Origin: Paraphysomonas bandaiensis | Taxonomy: Eukaryota > Protista > Chrysophyceae | Reading direction: 5' to 3' | NCBI GenBank assembly: GCA_965644295.1 | Contig: CBFFRP010000372.1 | Location: 57,751-121,750 of the forward strand | Length of the DNA: 64,000 nt | Shown: one piece after another, positions 49,740-62,467 of the stretch | How positions within the stretch are numbered: position 1 is the first letter of the stretch | Layout of the letters: each line of letters begins with the position of its first letter | Position numbers and translations under genes: made by a program | Notes under the pieces: model-generated | Seen by the model: only the letters and a program-made list of their open reading frames with translations | Databases searched by the model: none | What the model was told of the DNA's origin: nothing

Positions 49740-52100
49740 GCATCCCTCCCCTTAAGACAGGTAGCATTGGTAACATCACGGAAGTGTGTCGCATAGCATT
49801 CCTTGTTTAAAAGTCACCTCGTTCAAGATACAAGACGGTGCGATTCAGCAGTTCTAAATATCTAGGCGTCATACTCCTTTTACAAACTATCACTCTTTTT
49901 ACATCAACAGTTTCGGTCGTAGGGTACACGTCCTCCAAAAGAAACATATATTACTTGTTACATAATATACACAAAGTGAGGACCATACGACTATCAGAAA
50001 TTTGAAGACCTAATATGCACACACTGTATATGTGCCAAATCTATACTATACGTGCTTGAAGATTCAGGAGACTTGAGTGAGAATTTTTCGGTCTAAATAC
50101 ACAGTTAAACGAACCAATATATTACACGTTTGCATACTCACAGCTGGGGCATCTTGAATGCACAGTTGACAGGCCGCTTGCTTTTTACTATTCCCGGAAA
50201 CTGCATATATCCATCACTGCCATCTACAAGAGAGAGAAAGCGCAATATACCTTTGCATATATTCTCTCAATACAATCCTTCTGTTCTTCCTCTGCTAGTG
50301 GCCCCAGAACGTCATTCTGCTTTATAGTATGAACACGAGTTGAGCAGGAATATGTAACGCAAGGTACACCTTCTCGACAGAAACGTTGGGGGAAGGAAAG
50401 ACCCTGATAAGGCCCCGTCCCCCAGGTTCAATATCTTGGATGTAGCCCGCTTTCTAAGTATTTCCTCATTAATAATAATGTATTCTCGATTTATATCGTA
50501 ATTGATACTCGCTTCTATGCGTACACGACAGATATATATTATGGTGATACCTGCTCTGTGCTGGGGATAGAGGCCAGACACTTGAGGCGCTCCAATCTAC
50601 ATATACAAAATAACCTTGATTTAACGAGATAAATGTAGACTTACGTGCAAGTAGAAGTATTGCCTTTAGCTTGAACCCTGCAACAAACTCAGGCAAACGC
50701 AGAACAGAGCACGACGCTTACTGGATCGCCAAGTCGGCAACTCTGTCTATTAGATCTTGAGGCAAAACGATATCTTCCTTTTCCTACAACACTGCATGAC
50801 CACACGGGCATACGACCATAGAAAAAATTCGACGCACTAAGCTTCAAATATGTCATACCTTGCAGAACGCTCTCACATCGACATGAATATAATTAGAATT
50901 AGCCATGAATGCCGTCTGTCCAGAAACAATTACTTGACATTAATAAAACACCGCTACACCTTCATAAATCCAGTGAATGCGTATGCAAAGAGCGCCTGCA
51001 GCTCAACCATGACTCCTCTACACATTGGTTAGGTTATAAACCAAAGTAGGACTGATACAAAAACTTACCCTTCAGGCATCATCACACAATTGGCTAGTCC
51101 AGCACCATGAACGCCTGGACAAGTTTAATAGAATGCTTAGTAGGTAATGTCCATAACTAATCCGTTCATACTACTATATATCGCACCTATACACATATCC
51201 ACTCCTGAGAACCTGCGCCAAAGATCCTCTGGTCCACGAATTCCCTACATACATAACCGTCATTAACATAATCGTGTACAAGGTGTTTACTAACATCAAA
51301 GTTACATATTTCTGCAGCGACGCCCTTCTTTCTTAAAGCTGCTTGTAGCGCCAGCTCGGAACTTGAGTGGAGGTTCCTGGAATTACGCACTGCCCAAGAA
51401 AAGTAACACAGCAGCACGGCAACCACTACAAGACTTACTTTTTTTTCCAGGAGTATTTCGAGATACTATTATTGCTTTTAGCGGTCTAGAGGCAGCGCGT
51501 GTGGTTGTCTTGGTATCATTTCCACCATTCGAATGGATTGGTTGAGAAAACACTCGGTCCAAAACTCTCTACATACAAATGTTTAAACGCTGTAGAGCTT
51601 TACATACTCCTACAAACCCGAAACACGAGATATACCGCTCTGCGAAGGCTCTCCAAAGAATCTCTGTAAAACACTTTCTGTCTAATACACGACCAGCAAA
51701 AGTCAAATACACACGTAACAGATTAGGCATCCACATAACGTACGGGGTAGTCCATGATAAGCGCCTAACACAGTATGGTCCGCCTGCAGACAAAAACAAG
51801 TGAGATGAATATTATATGCGTGGTGAGTGGGACCTTGGAGTAACCGTTTGGCTGGGTGGACATCCCCCTCGAAAAGAGTCTCCAGTGAACGAAATAAAGC
51901 TCCCACTTTCGCTTCAGCGCCCTATGCATCCACAGTTATATCATGAATGTAGTATCGGTATCGATGGAACAGAAAAGCTAACCTTGAATAGTAACAGGCT
52001 CCGTCTGGCGGTAAGAGGTTTGGGGTGTGCGATATGCTGGACTATTAGCTGGGTAACTACTGAGAAGACATTATCATTCACTAGAATAAAACAACGTGTT
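49740..52100 (-). mobile_element. Highly decayed retroelement relic, possibly Ty3/gypsy integrase region
   Basis: Only weak cues: YHGLPRTL near 51740 and a PPT-like AAGGGGAGGG at ~49753-49744. Confidence 0.3.
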
Positions 52101-52537
52101 AGCGGAAAAGTCAAAAAATAATGCACATACATGTGTGGAAGGAATTTGTGGGAAGCCACGGAATCTGTACATATACAGTGGAGTTCCAAGTCTCAATGCA
52201 CCGGATACTCTAAGTGAATAAGGGCAGTCAGTAAGAAAGAAAACAAGTAAAAACCAAATACCATGGCTTTTTTTGAGTCCATAATCTTCAACTCAAGTCC
52301 TTTAAAAGCGGCCTGTTGAGTTCGGACGAGCAATGTCTTTAAGGGCGACAGATAGCCCTCCATCGTATTGACAAGGGATTTCGTCTGCGTATGGCCATTA
52401 CACATCTTAATGATAACCAATACAACACACCTCAGGGTCAGGGTCTATGAGGTGCACAGCTCCGTTCTCTAGTACGATGTGCTCCAGCTCAATTGGAGTG
52501 TTATGAAATACACTTAACGAAAACAAATAGTTATATT

Positions 52538-52963
52538 TCAGTCAAAGGACGCATTCTTGTTGACACACCATGCCAGAAAGGAGGTGCATCTTGGTCTAAT
52601 CACGGAAATGTTCGTATTTGAAAGGTAAACAGGAAGCATATCCGCTTCTTGTGGCTCTCCGAAAATACTAACAAGAGCCTCATTGATAGCTGCTCCTCCT
52701 TTCTTAGATAATGTGCCAGTGGACGAGACTTGAGTTGAACTGTGCTGCGGTTCCCTCTTTGGTCGACTTTGTTTGGGTCTTTGTTCTCTTTTAGGTTGTT
52801 TGGGAGATGAAGCAGTAATTTTATTCAGAGATTTTACAGCCTCTGAGGTGAGATGTCTTGTGTGTTGTAAGTTATGTATGTGACTATAGTTGACTGTATG
52901 AGTTGCAACACTAGTGCATGCTAATGCTATAACTATACAGAGGATTTGAAGCATTTGTATCAC
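52538..52963 (-). CDS. Hypothetical secreted protein (possibly a truncated first exon)
   Basis: Signal-peptide-like start, basic Q/P/K linker. Divergent from the ABCC gene. Confidence 0.4.
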   Translation of the reverse strand: MIQMLQILCIVIALACTSVATHTVNYSHIHNLQHTRHLTSEAVKSLNKITASSPKQPKREQRPKQSRPKREPQHSSTQVSSTGTLSKKGGAAINEALVSIFGEPQEADMLPVYLSNTNISVIRPRCTSFLAWCVNKNASFD

Positions 52964-53070
52964 AGGTTATGGTATGGGATGGGTAGAGTCAGTGTGGAGG
53001 AGAGAGTGTGGCATTTTAGTATACTATTTTGAATTAACTGAACTTTAAGTGAACTGTTATGAAGATCCAT

Positions 53071-53237
53071 ACACTGCTGTAGCGTACATGTATAAGTACA
53101 CACTGCTGCATAGCGTACATCTATACGTACATGCTACATCTATACGTACTGCTGTAGCGTACATCTATACGTACATGCTACATCTATACGTACTGCTGTA
53201 GCGTACATCTATACGCACACACACTGCTGCTGTACAT
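53071..53237. repeat. Minisatellite of ACTGCTGTAGCGTACATCTATACG-type units
   Basis: Several near-identical units visible. Confidence 0.8.
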
Positions 53238-53487
53238 GTTGCATACACAGTATACGGTGCTGTTGATTGTATACAAACATACTTAATATACAGCCGTATT
53301 TTGCACTGTAGTAGTGCTGTATTCGTGTGATCTCTCGAAGGAAGACGAAGTGTGGTGTAGAATCCCTCAATATGCATATATACATGCATATACAGCCATA
53401 TACATACAGCCATATATCAGTCATACCTTTGCACTATAACACGCGCATGACTTCTAGACCTCTGGATACTTAACTGCATAGCACAGC

Positions 53488-56400
53488 ATGTCCAAGTACG
53501 AGAGATTTGATTTGGAGGATGAGGGGGTTGTCTCAGAGTCTCATGCGGTCTCAGGAGAGAGCACAGGAAGCTCATCATGTTCTATTGCATCCTTTTGGAA
53601 CACTATACTGTTTATGTGGATTAAACCCCTATTAGAACTAGGAAACAAACAACCACTTGACTTCTCTGACCTCTTTGAACTCTCACCGCATGACAGAGCG
53701 GTCAATATATATGCATCTTTCCTTAAGGCATGGAAGGCTCAAGTGTCCACTAAATCACAGCCTTCTTTAGTTATGGCATATGTTCACGCCTTTGGGTTTC
53801 CGTTTTTCATGGCTGGAGGACTGAAATTAATTCACGACATGTTGATATTTGTCGGCCCATTTCTCCTAAACCGAATTATATATTTTTTAGACGAGTCTGA
53901 TGAGCCATTATATGTGGGTCTTATATATGTGGCAGGACTATTTTTTTCGAATTTAGTAATGTCTCTCTGTCTCCGGCAGTACTTTTTCTGGTGTTATAGA
54001 GTGGGAATGCGCCTTCGGTCGGCCGTTGTGACGTCAGTTTTTGAAAAGTCCCTTGTCGTCTCGGCAGGGGTACTAAGTAGGAGAACCATCGGGGAAATAT
54101 CGAACCTCATGTCAGTTGACTCCACACGCCTTCAGACACTAACCAATTATCTTCATGCCATTTGGTACTCGTTCGTTCAGATTGCTCTAGCTCTATTCTT
54201 TTTATGGGGGCAAGTCGGGCCTGCGTGTCTTGGGGGTATCACAATTATCATCATTGCCATCCCTGTAACGCAACAGATATCTGCCCGACTCAAGAAAATT
54301 CAGAAAGAACTTAGTGAAGTGCGTGATGCCAGAGTGAAACTCAATAATGAAGTCCTTAGTGGCATGAAAGTGATAAAGTTCCAGGCATGGGAGCAGGAGT
54401 TCCAGTCTCGTATAGATGAGGCGAGGTCTCGGGAATTGGAAGTGTACCGCCGAGCCATATACCTACAGACGCTCTCCGGGGCAGTATACACCGCCCTACC
54501 ACTCAGTGTTGGTATATGTACCTTCACAGTCTATGTCTCTATGGGAAATGAGCTCGATGTGGCCACTGCGCTGACATCACTTGCTCTTTTTGAGATTCTG
54601 CGCTTCCCATTATTCATTCTTCCAATGGTCATCAACAACATCGTAGAGGCCCGTGTGTCCATAGATCGTGTACAGAGCTTTTTGCTGGAGCCAGAAAAAC
54701 GTCCAGTGCCCAGTGAGCCTCTTCGTGACACAGGTATTCTTTTTTCAAATGCGACCCTGGTGTACGAGAGCATAAAGCAGAGACTCTCTCCTCCTGTGTC
54801 AGAGCTTAGTCAAAGCGCTGCTTTCCTCTGCGATGCTCGGTCTAGCCCAACTCCGCCATCTGTTCCACGAGTACTGGCAGGTGCTCTTTATGTGGTACGG
54901 GGAGTGTGGTACTGCATCAGAGCGACTTATTCAGGTGCTGTGACGCTGTGCATGAAATGTTTCCTTGGTAAGTCACTGGCAACCCCTGCTAAGTCCATCA
55001 CCACTTCAGTCATGAGTGACGTGGAGTTCGAGCTATTAGTGCGACGGGCACAGGTAGAAGCTGCTGAAATGCGGCTACTGACCCTAGAAGAACAACAAAA
55101 GACAGGAAACTTTTCAAAAGTAAATTCCAGAGTTTCTAGAATGTCTGGAAGAAGTAGTCGCGCTCAGGGCCAGAAAGGAGTAAGAGGGGCGGATAGCCCT
55201 CTTCACACTCTGGGTAATGAAGGACAGCCAGAGAAAGACGGAAATACTGCGGAGGGGGACGTCGAACTCACAGTGGTCTCAGATGATAAGACAGAAGAAA
55301 TAGATGAGGGAAAAGATAGAGGTGAACGTTTACTGACTCTCTTCCGGGTATCGATGCAAGCGAGTAGAGGAGCTCTGCTCTGTATAGTAGGCAAGGTGGG
55401 CAGCGGGAAGAGTTCGATCTTGATGTCTCTATTGGGTGACATGCTTTGCGTATTGGGTGAAGTGGCCATTAGGGGTCGTGTAGCATATGTGGGTCAACGT
55501 CCCTTTATTCAGAACTGTACACTGAAGGAAAACATTCTTTTTGGGTGTGCTTATGACCAGGAAAAGTACGACAGGACTCTGAAGGTTTGTTGAAAAACAA
55601 TTTGTAAATTATTCTGAGCACATACCTAAACTCCTACATGTATGCGAAGTTGATATACCGTATGGCCTAAGATGTGTCCACGTTTACTAACAAGTGTCAT
55701 GTCACCTGTAGATGTGTGCTTTGCTCCCTGACCTTGAGGTTCTTCCTGCTGGTGACCAGACAGAAATCGGCGAGCGTGGCATTAATCTCAGCGGTGGTCA
55801 GAAAGCGAGAGTTGGTAAGTACCACTATCTACTATTGTCATATGTTCATCTATGTGCAGCACTAGCCAGGGCCGTTTATGCAGATACTGATGTTGTTCTG
55901 CTGGATGACCCCTTAGCTGCCGTTGATGCACATGTTGGACAACACCTCTTCGATGAGTGCGTTATGAGTCTGGTTGCAGCTAATAAGTGCGTTGTATTGG
56001 TGACGAACGCGCTACAGTTCATACGAGAGGCTACTGGTATAGTTGTGTTGGACGGAGGATGTGTTGTTGAGAGCGGGTCTTATGATGAGTTAATGGCTAG
56101 ACAAGGCCCATTCTGGGATATGATGGCCACCCACGCGGAGGGAATGTGTGCAGCTGACGACGCGAGGGCAATTCAGACATCATCTGATCCTGTTCATGAC
56201 AGCTCTTTGACTGGACTTGATGGAGAGAAGGGTAGTTCTGCTGATGGGGATGTGGGCACACCCGCCCGCACCAGGGGCCTCTCCACATCTTCAGCGAGTT
56301 CATCTTCCTCGAAGCACCAGGTGAAGGCAGAGAAGCAGAAAACCAATGCAGACTCGGGGAAGCTCATGAGTACGGAGGATAGGGAAGTTGGAAGTGTATC

Positions 56401-58511
56401 TCTGAAAGTTTATGGGAAATGGGCAATAGCCGCGGGAGGGCTCTATGCGGGCGTTATTATGATAGCTATATTTGCTTTTGGTGAATTCACTTCTGTGATG
56501 GCGTCTTATTGGCTATCATATTGGTCTGCACACAGAGATGATAACTCAGCTTGGTATTATCTTAAAATTTATATTGGCATCAACTGTGGAGTACTGGTGG
56601 TAATGACCTGTCGCGATCTATACACTGCTCTCGTTGGCTGGAGGGCGGGCAGACATCTCTTCGGGGGCATGATGGTCAGTGTGCTGCATGCCCCCATGGC
56701 TTTCTTTGGTATGTAGATGTGCTTCTTATGCTCTGCCCTATGTATACCTGTGTGTGTGTATCTTCATGGCTATTGAGCTGTATATATATACTCCATGCTG
56801 TTTAGTTTAGAGTGTGGGTCTGACGTATTTGTGATGATATGTAGACACAACTCCAATGGGACGCATTCTCAATAGGTGAGATGTTCTATGAGCTGTGATC
56901 CGTGTTGTCTGACTACTGTGTGATTGATCATCAGGTTCACAAAGGACGTGCTGACTGTAGATGTAGACATTCCTCGCACTGTGAAAATGTACCTTGGTAC
57001 GATGGCAAAAGTTGTCAGTACAGTACTGTACATTAGCATCATCACGCCGCTTTTTCTGCTTGGACTCGGACCGATCGCATTCTTCTATTACAAAGCACAG
57101 CAATACTTCATTAAAACTTCTCGGGAACTTACACGCTTGGATAGTGTAAGTCGGAGTCCGATATATGCCCTTTTTTCTGAAACACTGGATGGCCTCTCAA
57201 CTATTCGGGCATTCGGGTCAGTTTCTTGTTTTTGCTTCATATGGGTGTAATTTCGTCATGTTGTCAGGGAGGAACGCCGACTTACCAACAAGAGCAATGG
57301 GCTACTTGACGCCAACCAACGTGCGTACTTTTTGAATTTCTCAGCCAACTGCTGGCTGGGCGTGAGGCTAGAGCTTGCTGGAACCCTCATCATAACTTTT
57401 GCTGCCCTCTCCGCGGTGATCAGTCGTCAGTTTTATGTGCACGATACTGTGGAAAATCGTCACGAGTTTGCCGGCATGGCTGGTTTGGCAATATCATTGG
57501 CTCTTGGAGTCACTCAGTCTCTTAACTGGTCTGTACGAATGGCCTCTGACCTCGAGTCCCAGATGGTGGCTGTCGAAAGGGTGGAGTCCTTTGCGACTAT
57601 GGAGCAAGAAGCAGCCCATCTGAAGCCTCTCACCGACCCGTCAGATGAGTCGCACTGGCCCACAGAGGGCGAGTTGAAGTTAACTAACGTGTCCATGCGA
57701 TATAGACCTGATCTACCTCTGGTACTTGCTGGAGTAACTGTGCATATCAAACCTCGCGAGAAAGTAGGAATTGTTGGACGCACTGGGGCCGGAAAGTCGT
57801 CACTTGTGACAGCAATATTGCGGTTGGTTGAGATCAGTGGAGGAAAGATCGAGATAGATGGCGTGGATGTATCGACGCTCGGGTTGCGTACTCTACGGTC
57901 AGCAGTCGCTATCATCCCCCAGGACCCAGTACTTTTTTCTGGTACTGTCAGGAGCAATTTGGATCCCTTTAACCTCTATACTGACGGACAGTGTTGGGAG
58001 GTATCATTTGTGTATGATATTGAATTTACTTGAACTTCTTACGTCAATATCTCTGCTTTTTGTAGAGCATCCGGAGAACACAGTTGGCAGAGTCAATTCG
58101 TACTCTTCAAGATAGAGTGGAAGATAATGGTGCAAATTTCAGTGTGGGTCAGCGGCAACTCCTCTGCATTGCTCGTGCGCTCTTGTCAAAGGCGAAAGTC
58201 ATTATCATGGTCAGTAGTATGTGGCTGTGTTTATAATATAATATTGACTACTGCTTCAGGACGAAGCAACTGCTGCTGTTGATGTAGAGACCGATGCTGC
58301 CATACAGCAAACCATCCGAGAGGAATTTGCGTATGCCACATGCCTCACTGTGGCGCACCGGCTAAACACTATATTAGACAGTGATAAGGTGATGGTGATG
58401 GACAAAGGAAAGGTGGCTGAATACGACACACCTCAGAAACTTTTGGCTAACCCGAAGAGTCTCTTTTATGCCCTAGTAGAAAATTGGGAAGCCGTTGAAG
58501 ACGATGTGTGA
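53488..58511 (+). CDS. ABCC/MRP-type ABC transporter (short form, TMD-NBD-TMD-NBD)
   Basis: [70 protein letters not shown] and AHRL. Confidence 0.95.
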
Positions 58512-58880
58512 ATCGTGATATAAAGAGGTGTGAGGATCGCCGAGTTTTACTCAGTGGTAGAGTAGGATAGTGTCAAGTATCGTGCCTCTTCCGTTGCTTG
58601 TAGTTCTCTTTGTTTTTCATACCCCGTACGTAATTGAGTTCACCGATAATGATTCGCAGAGGTAGCTGGCTATTAGGCCAATGGAATTATAACAATGTAC
58701 ATTGATTTAAGATGTACATGGAATAATATATAACAAAGTTGGATGTTAGCCACGAAGCAGTATATCGGTTATGTACTATTGCATAGTCGCGATTTCATAG
58801 ACATACATTAGAAACTAAATTACCTGTCTTCGTAACTATAAACTCACCCTCCCATTCAAAGAGCTCGTTTCTTCTACCAA

Positions 58881-58973
58881 TGAAGATTTAATCTTAATAG
58901 TAGTAAGAAGAGCGTTGTGATTGTTAGAAAATGCAAAAGTGAACGATGAGTAATGAACACAGTAATGTAAGAA
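58881..58973 (-). repeat. Short diverged LTR (LTR C), preceded by a PPT and followed by a PBS-like TGGTAG
   Basis: Aligns with the PBS-proximal part of 62057-62317. Minus strand reads TTGAGGGG before it and ...TTCA T TGGTAG after it. Confidence 0.6.
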
Positions 58974-61900
58974 GCCCCTCAACAAAGTCGGACTCGCGCC
59001 TTTTCGTGGTGTTCTGGTTTCTGGCGGTTAAGTACCAGAGATATTTCTCCAGGAAACTAACGTGATCTGCATATATAGTCAGCAGATATTGTTCTGTCCA
59101 CTCATAGCCTAATGCTTGTGTGGTACAACAAGAGACACTAATAAGTGTCACTTATGTAGACTTTTTTGGGCCTCGACAAATAAACAGGCATCGGGGGTAT
59201 TGAGCTGCCTGCTGAAGTCAAGCATCCTATTAGGATTCAGCTTAATAGGAGATCCATTAACTGTATCGGGGTCTCGATCTGATTTGCTGGATTTATGTAT
59301 TGGGGTTTTCGATCGAGAAGTATTACATTTGAGACCAACTGCTTTGAGTTCTATGTATTCTTCAGTGTACTTTTCGACGTCTGCAGCATGAATGGGGTCG
59401 TCGAGCTGGATGAGTCGTGTCTTGTCACCGCTGTCGTCCACTAGACCACGATACGCTGCGATTAATCCTTTTCTGAGCTTTATTTGAGTTGTTACATATG
59501 TTAATCCATCGTCTGGATCTACATGAGCTAGACCTATGAGATATTTGAAACTTTCTACTGTCCTGGAGGTCTCATTCTCTCTGAAGATCTCATTTATCTC
59601 TTTAAAATATCTCTTATCCGCTGGTGGAACACATTCGTTGAAAAATACATGTCCTGATATAACAAAATCTCTTAATGCGGGAACAAAGACTATATATCCA
59701 GGACCATCCTCTCGATAGCCCATAAAATACCCAGGCCAGCTATGTCTGTCCCAATTGTTCTTTCGGAGACTGGAATCGATATTCACAAAGCATTTACATC
59801 CCCATATTCTGGCATAACTCAAGTCTGGTATTTCGTTTTCGATAAACTGAAGTGGAGACACAAATCCTTTAGCTGTTTGACACGGTAACCTGTTCTTGAT
59901 GTGTATTGTCGCCTTTGAGGCTTGTTCCCAGAAATTCGGTGGGAGTCCAGAGTCGATAAGGCTGCTGAGTGCTCGTTCTTTAGTTGTCCGCCATGATCGC
60001 TCTTGGAATGGGTTATCCTCGGGGGTATACGGGGAGTTGAAAGTCCATGTAGCCCCTATTGATTGAAGATACTCTAGAACTTTTCTTGATACCAGCTCCT
60101 TCCCCCCATCCGCATGATAATGTTGTAGGCGTTTGCCTTTACTATGTAGATACATAACGACTTTCTGGATGGATTGGATGACAAAATCTTCATCTCTCGT
60201 TGGTCCGTAGGAGTCCCATTGGTGTCTGGAAGCTACATCTGTCATCCCGAGTATGTAACGGTTGCCAGTAATGATTGCCTCTGGTGCATGAGGTCCAGAA
60301 AAATCGGCTACTACTAGCTCCCCCAGCTCATTCGCTCTTCTTACACGCTTGAGCAGCATTTGTCTGATAGCGTGTCTATGTTTTCGGCGATGAGATTTAC
60401 CACTAGCACAACCATCACATAGGCCACCCGGTAAAGAAGTAGCATTCATCTCCGACTTCGTTAACTTAATACCCGTTACTAATTTTGACTGTACAGCTTT
60501 CTGTATGAGTCCAATTGAAGAATGTGCCAATCTCTTATGTGCTAGGAGTTGCGAGTGGGCCTGAAGCAGTTGAAGCAAGGTGGGATTCGTCAATAGGAGT
60601 ACCGAGGTCTGTTAACGGAATTTCATATAGGCCTCCAACTCTCTTACCCTTTGATAGGAGTATTTCATCTTTATATATCTCAACTGATTGGTTTCCGAAC
60701 AAGATTTTATACCCTAGGTCATCTAATTGGCTGATGGACACGAGTGTCCTTGAAGCATGGTCCACGTGCTTGCACTTGGGGATAATACCAAGTCTTCCAT
60801 GTCCTGAAGAGGTCATAGTTGATCCTGACTTAGCTGTTTGAATGTCGGTGAGGCATTCCTCATAATTGGTGATGTATCCGGCTTCAGGTGTGATGGAGAC
60901 TGTGCAGCCAGAATCAAGGGTCCCCATTCCGGCTTCTTGATCAAAAACGAAGTTCGTTTCGTCGTTTGTTGGATATCCGACTCCTCCGAAGTCTCGTCCT
61001 TTCTGTTGTAGTGGACCACTGTCTTCATAATCTGCAAACTGGTCGGATTCGTCGTTTTCAGTGCTCTGGTGGGTCTGGAATCTAACTTTTTTGAATTTCC
61101 TACTGGTTGATTTGTTTCCAGAGGAATTCTTCATCTGTTGGATTCTTTCCCATGAGTGTTTGCATTCTGAAGCGATGTGTCCTTTTCCATCGCATCGGAA
61201 ACACTTAATGTCCTTGTCAGTTCTCTTGTCATGTTTCGGTTTATTGGAACGGTTTCTGAAAGATGTCCCCTTTTTTGCGCTTGGAATTCACTTTACTTTT
61301 GAAAAATGGGGGTTTTGAGGCTGCAAGCTGAATACTGTCGGTTCTTGTTTCTTCGTTGCTTGACAAGAGCATTCCAACAGACGAGCTTCCTAATCCGCGT
61401 AGTCTGCGTATGAGTGTTTTGTAGTCATCGATAGGGTGCATCTGCAGGTTGATTGCCAGTTCTCGATACGTCATATTTTCTTTGGATACCAGGCCTTGTC
61501 GAATGCGTGAGATGAGATCTTGGTCACTTATCCGATGACCATAATTAATCAGCTTGTTTCGGAGCTTTTCGACAGCGTCAAGAAAGTTGATTATCGACTG
61601 ACCTTTTTTGATTTTTATGCTCTGAAACTGGCCAATCAGATCGGTGATTACATCGTTAGTCGTTTTTTCTTTGAAGTGGTTGAGCAAGTCCGTCCAGGCG
61701 GTTTTTCCGTCTCCATCGGGGACGTTCTCCAAAATCCCCTCAGCCTCTTCATCCTGACCAATGATAGAGCTTGCAATGACTGACCATAGGTAGTTATTAC
61801 CTTCATCATAATATCGTTTCGCATCCTGATACTGTTCGAGTCGATACTGGTAGTCCTCGTCATCTGAGTTTTCTCCTGCTTCAGGCTCAATTGGGTGATC

Positions 61901-62056
61901 GTTCTGTAGAGTATAAACGATCTTAGGCTTTCTGTAAAACCATGCACGGCACTTCTTCGCGTCGAACTTTGGCATTGAGTCTTTCTGTTTTTCGGTTGTT
62001 GAATCCGAGTCGGTTGAGTCGTAACTTGTAACTTTAACTGACATCTCGCTACCAAA

Positions 62057-62317
62057 TAAAGAATTGATCTTTATAATAGTAAAACAATGTTGTGATTATT
62101 AGAATGTAAGTAATGAACACGATAGAGTGAAAATTATGAATAACAATATAGAACGTACTATCATGCACAACGGAATAGTTAGAAATGTAACTGATAATGA
62201 CGACGTTATGATGACGATCACGTATCTTCGACAGATACTCTCTAATTCAGTTCATGGTATATTTCATTGAACATTATAACTCACAGATACAATCATGTAT
62301 TAAGCTGAATCCTAATA
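62057..62317 (-). repeat. LTR B (5' LTR of the gag-PR-IN element)
   Basis: Near-identical direct repeat of ~62468-62735, followed by the PBS at 62054-62045. Confidence 0.85.
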
Positions 62318-62467
62318 ATAATGGCGATGTAAGATCGTACGAGAAATGATTGGCCGTAGAGAAAACATGAAATTGATGAATGAGAGGAGATATTGATTAT
62401 GACTTTATAGTACACGTCCAGTTAACTTAGAAAATCATCCAATTGTGTCATAGCTTGACACTACAAC

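Larger units (their letters stand above)
58881..62317 (-). mobile_element. Ty1/copia element with gag-protease-integrase but no RT/RNase H
   Basis: LTR, PBS TGGTAGCGAG abutting the gag ATG (62044), gag, Zn knuckle CFRCDGKGHIASEC, protease LDSGCT, HKRLAH/CDGC, integrase D..D..E (ADFSGP, HADGGKE, QERSWRT), WGC, GY. Then only a short RT-start stub and the PPT. Two frameshifts. Confidence 0.9.

Noticed and set aside
58976-59007. Conserved motif as a tRNA, snRNA or hammerhead ribozyme
   Set aside because: No cloverleaf, Sm site or CUGANGA/GAAA core recognised; its position next to the PPT explains it better.
60535-61290. Programmed frameshifting in the copia ORFs
   Set aside because: One shift falls before the gag Zn knuckle near an A/G run and the other between PR and IN. 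Similar indels occur in the RT and in a host gene, so decay or assembly error is more likely.
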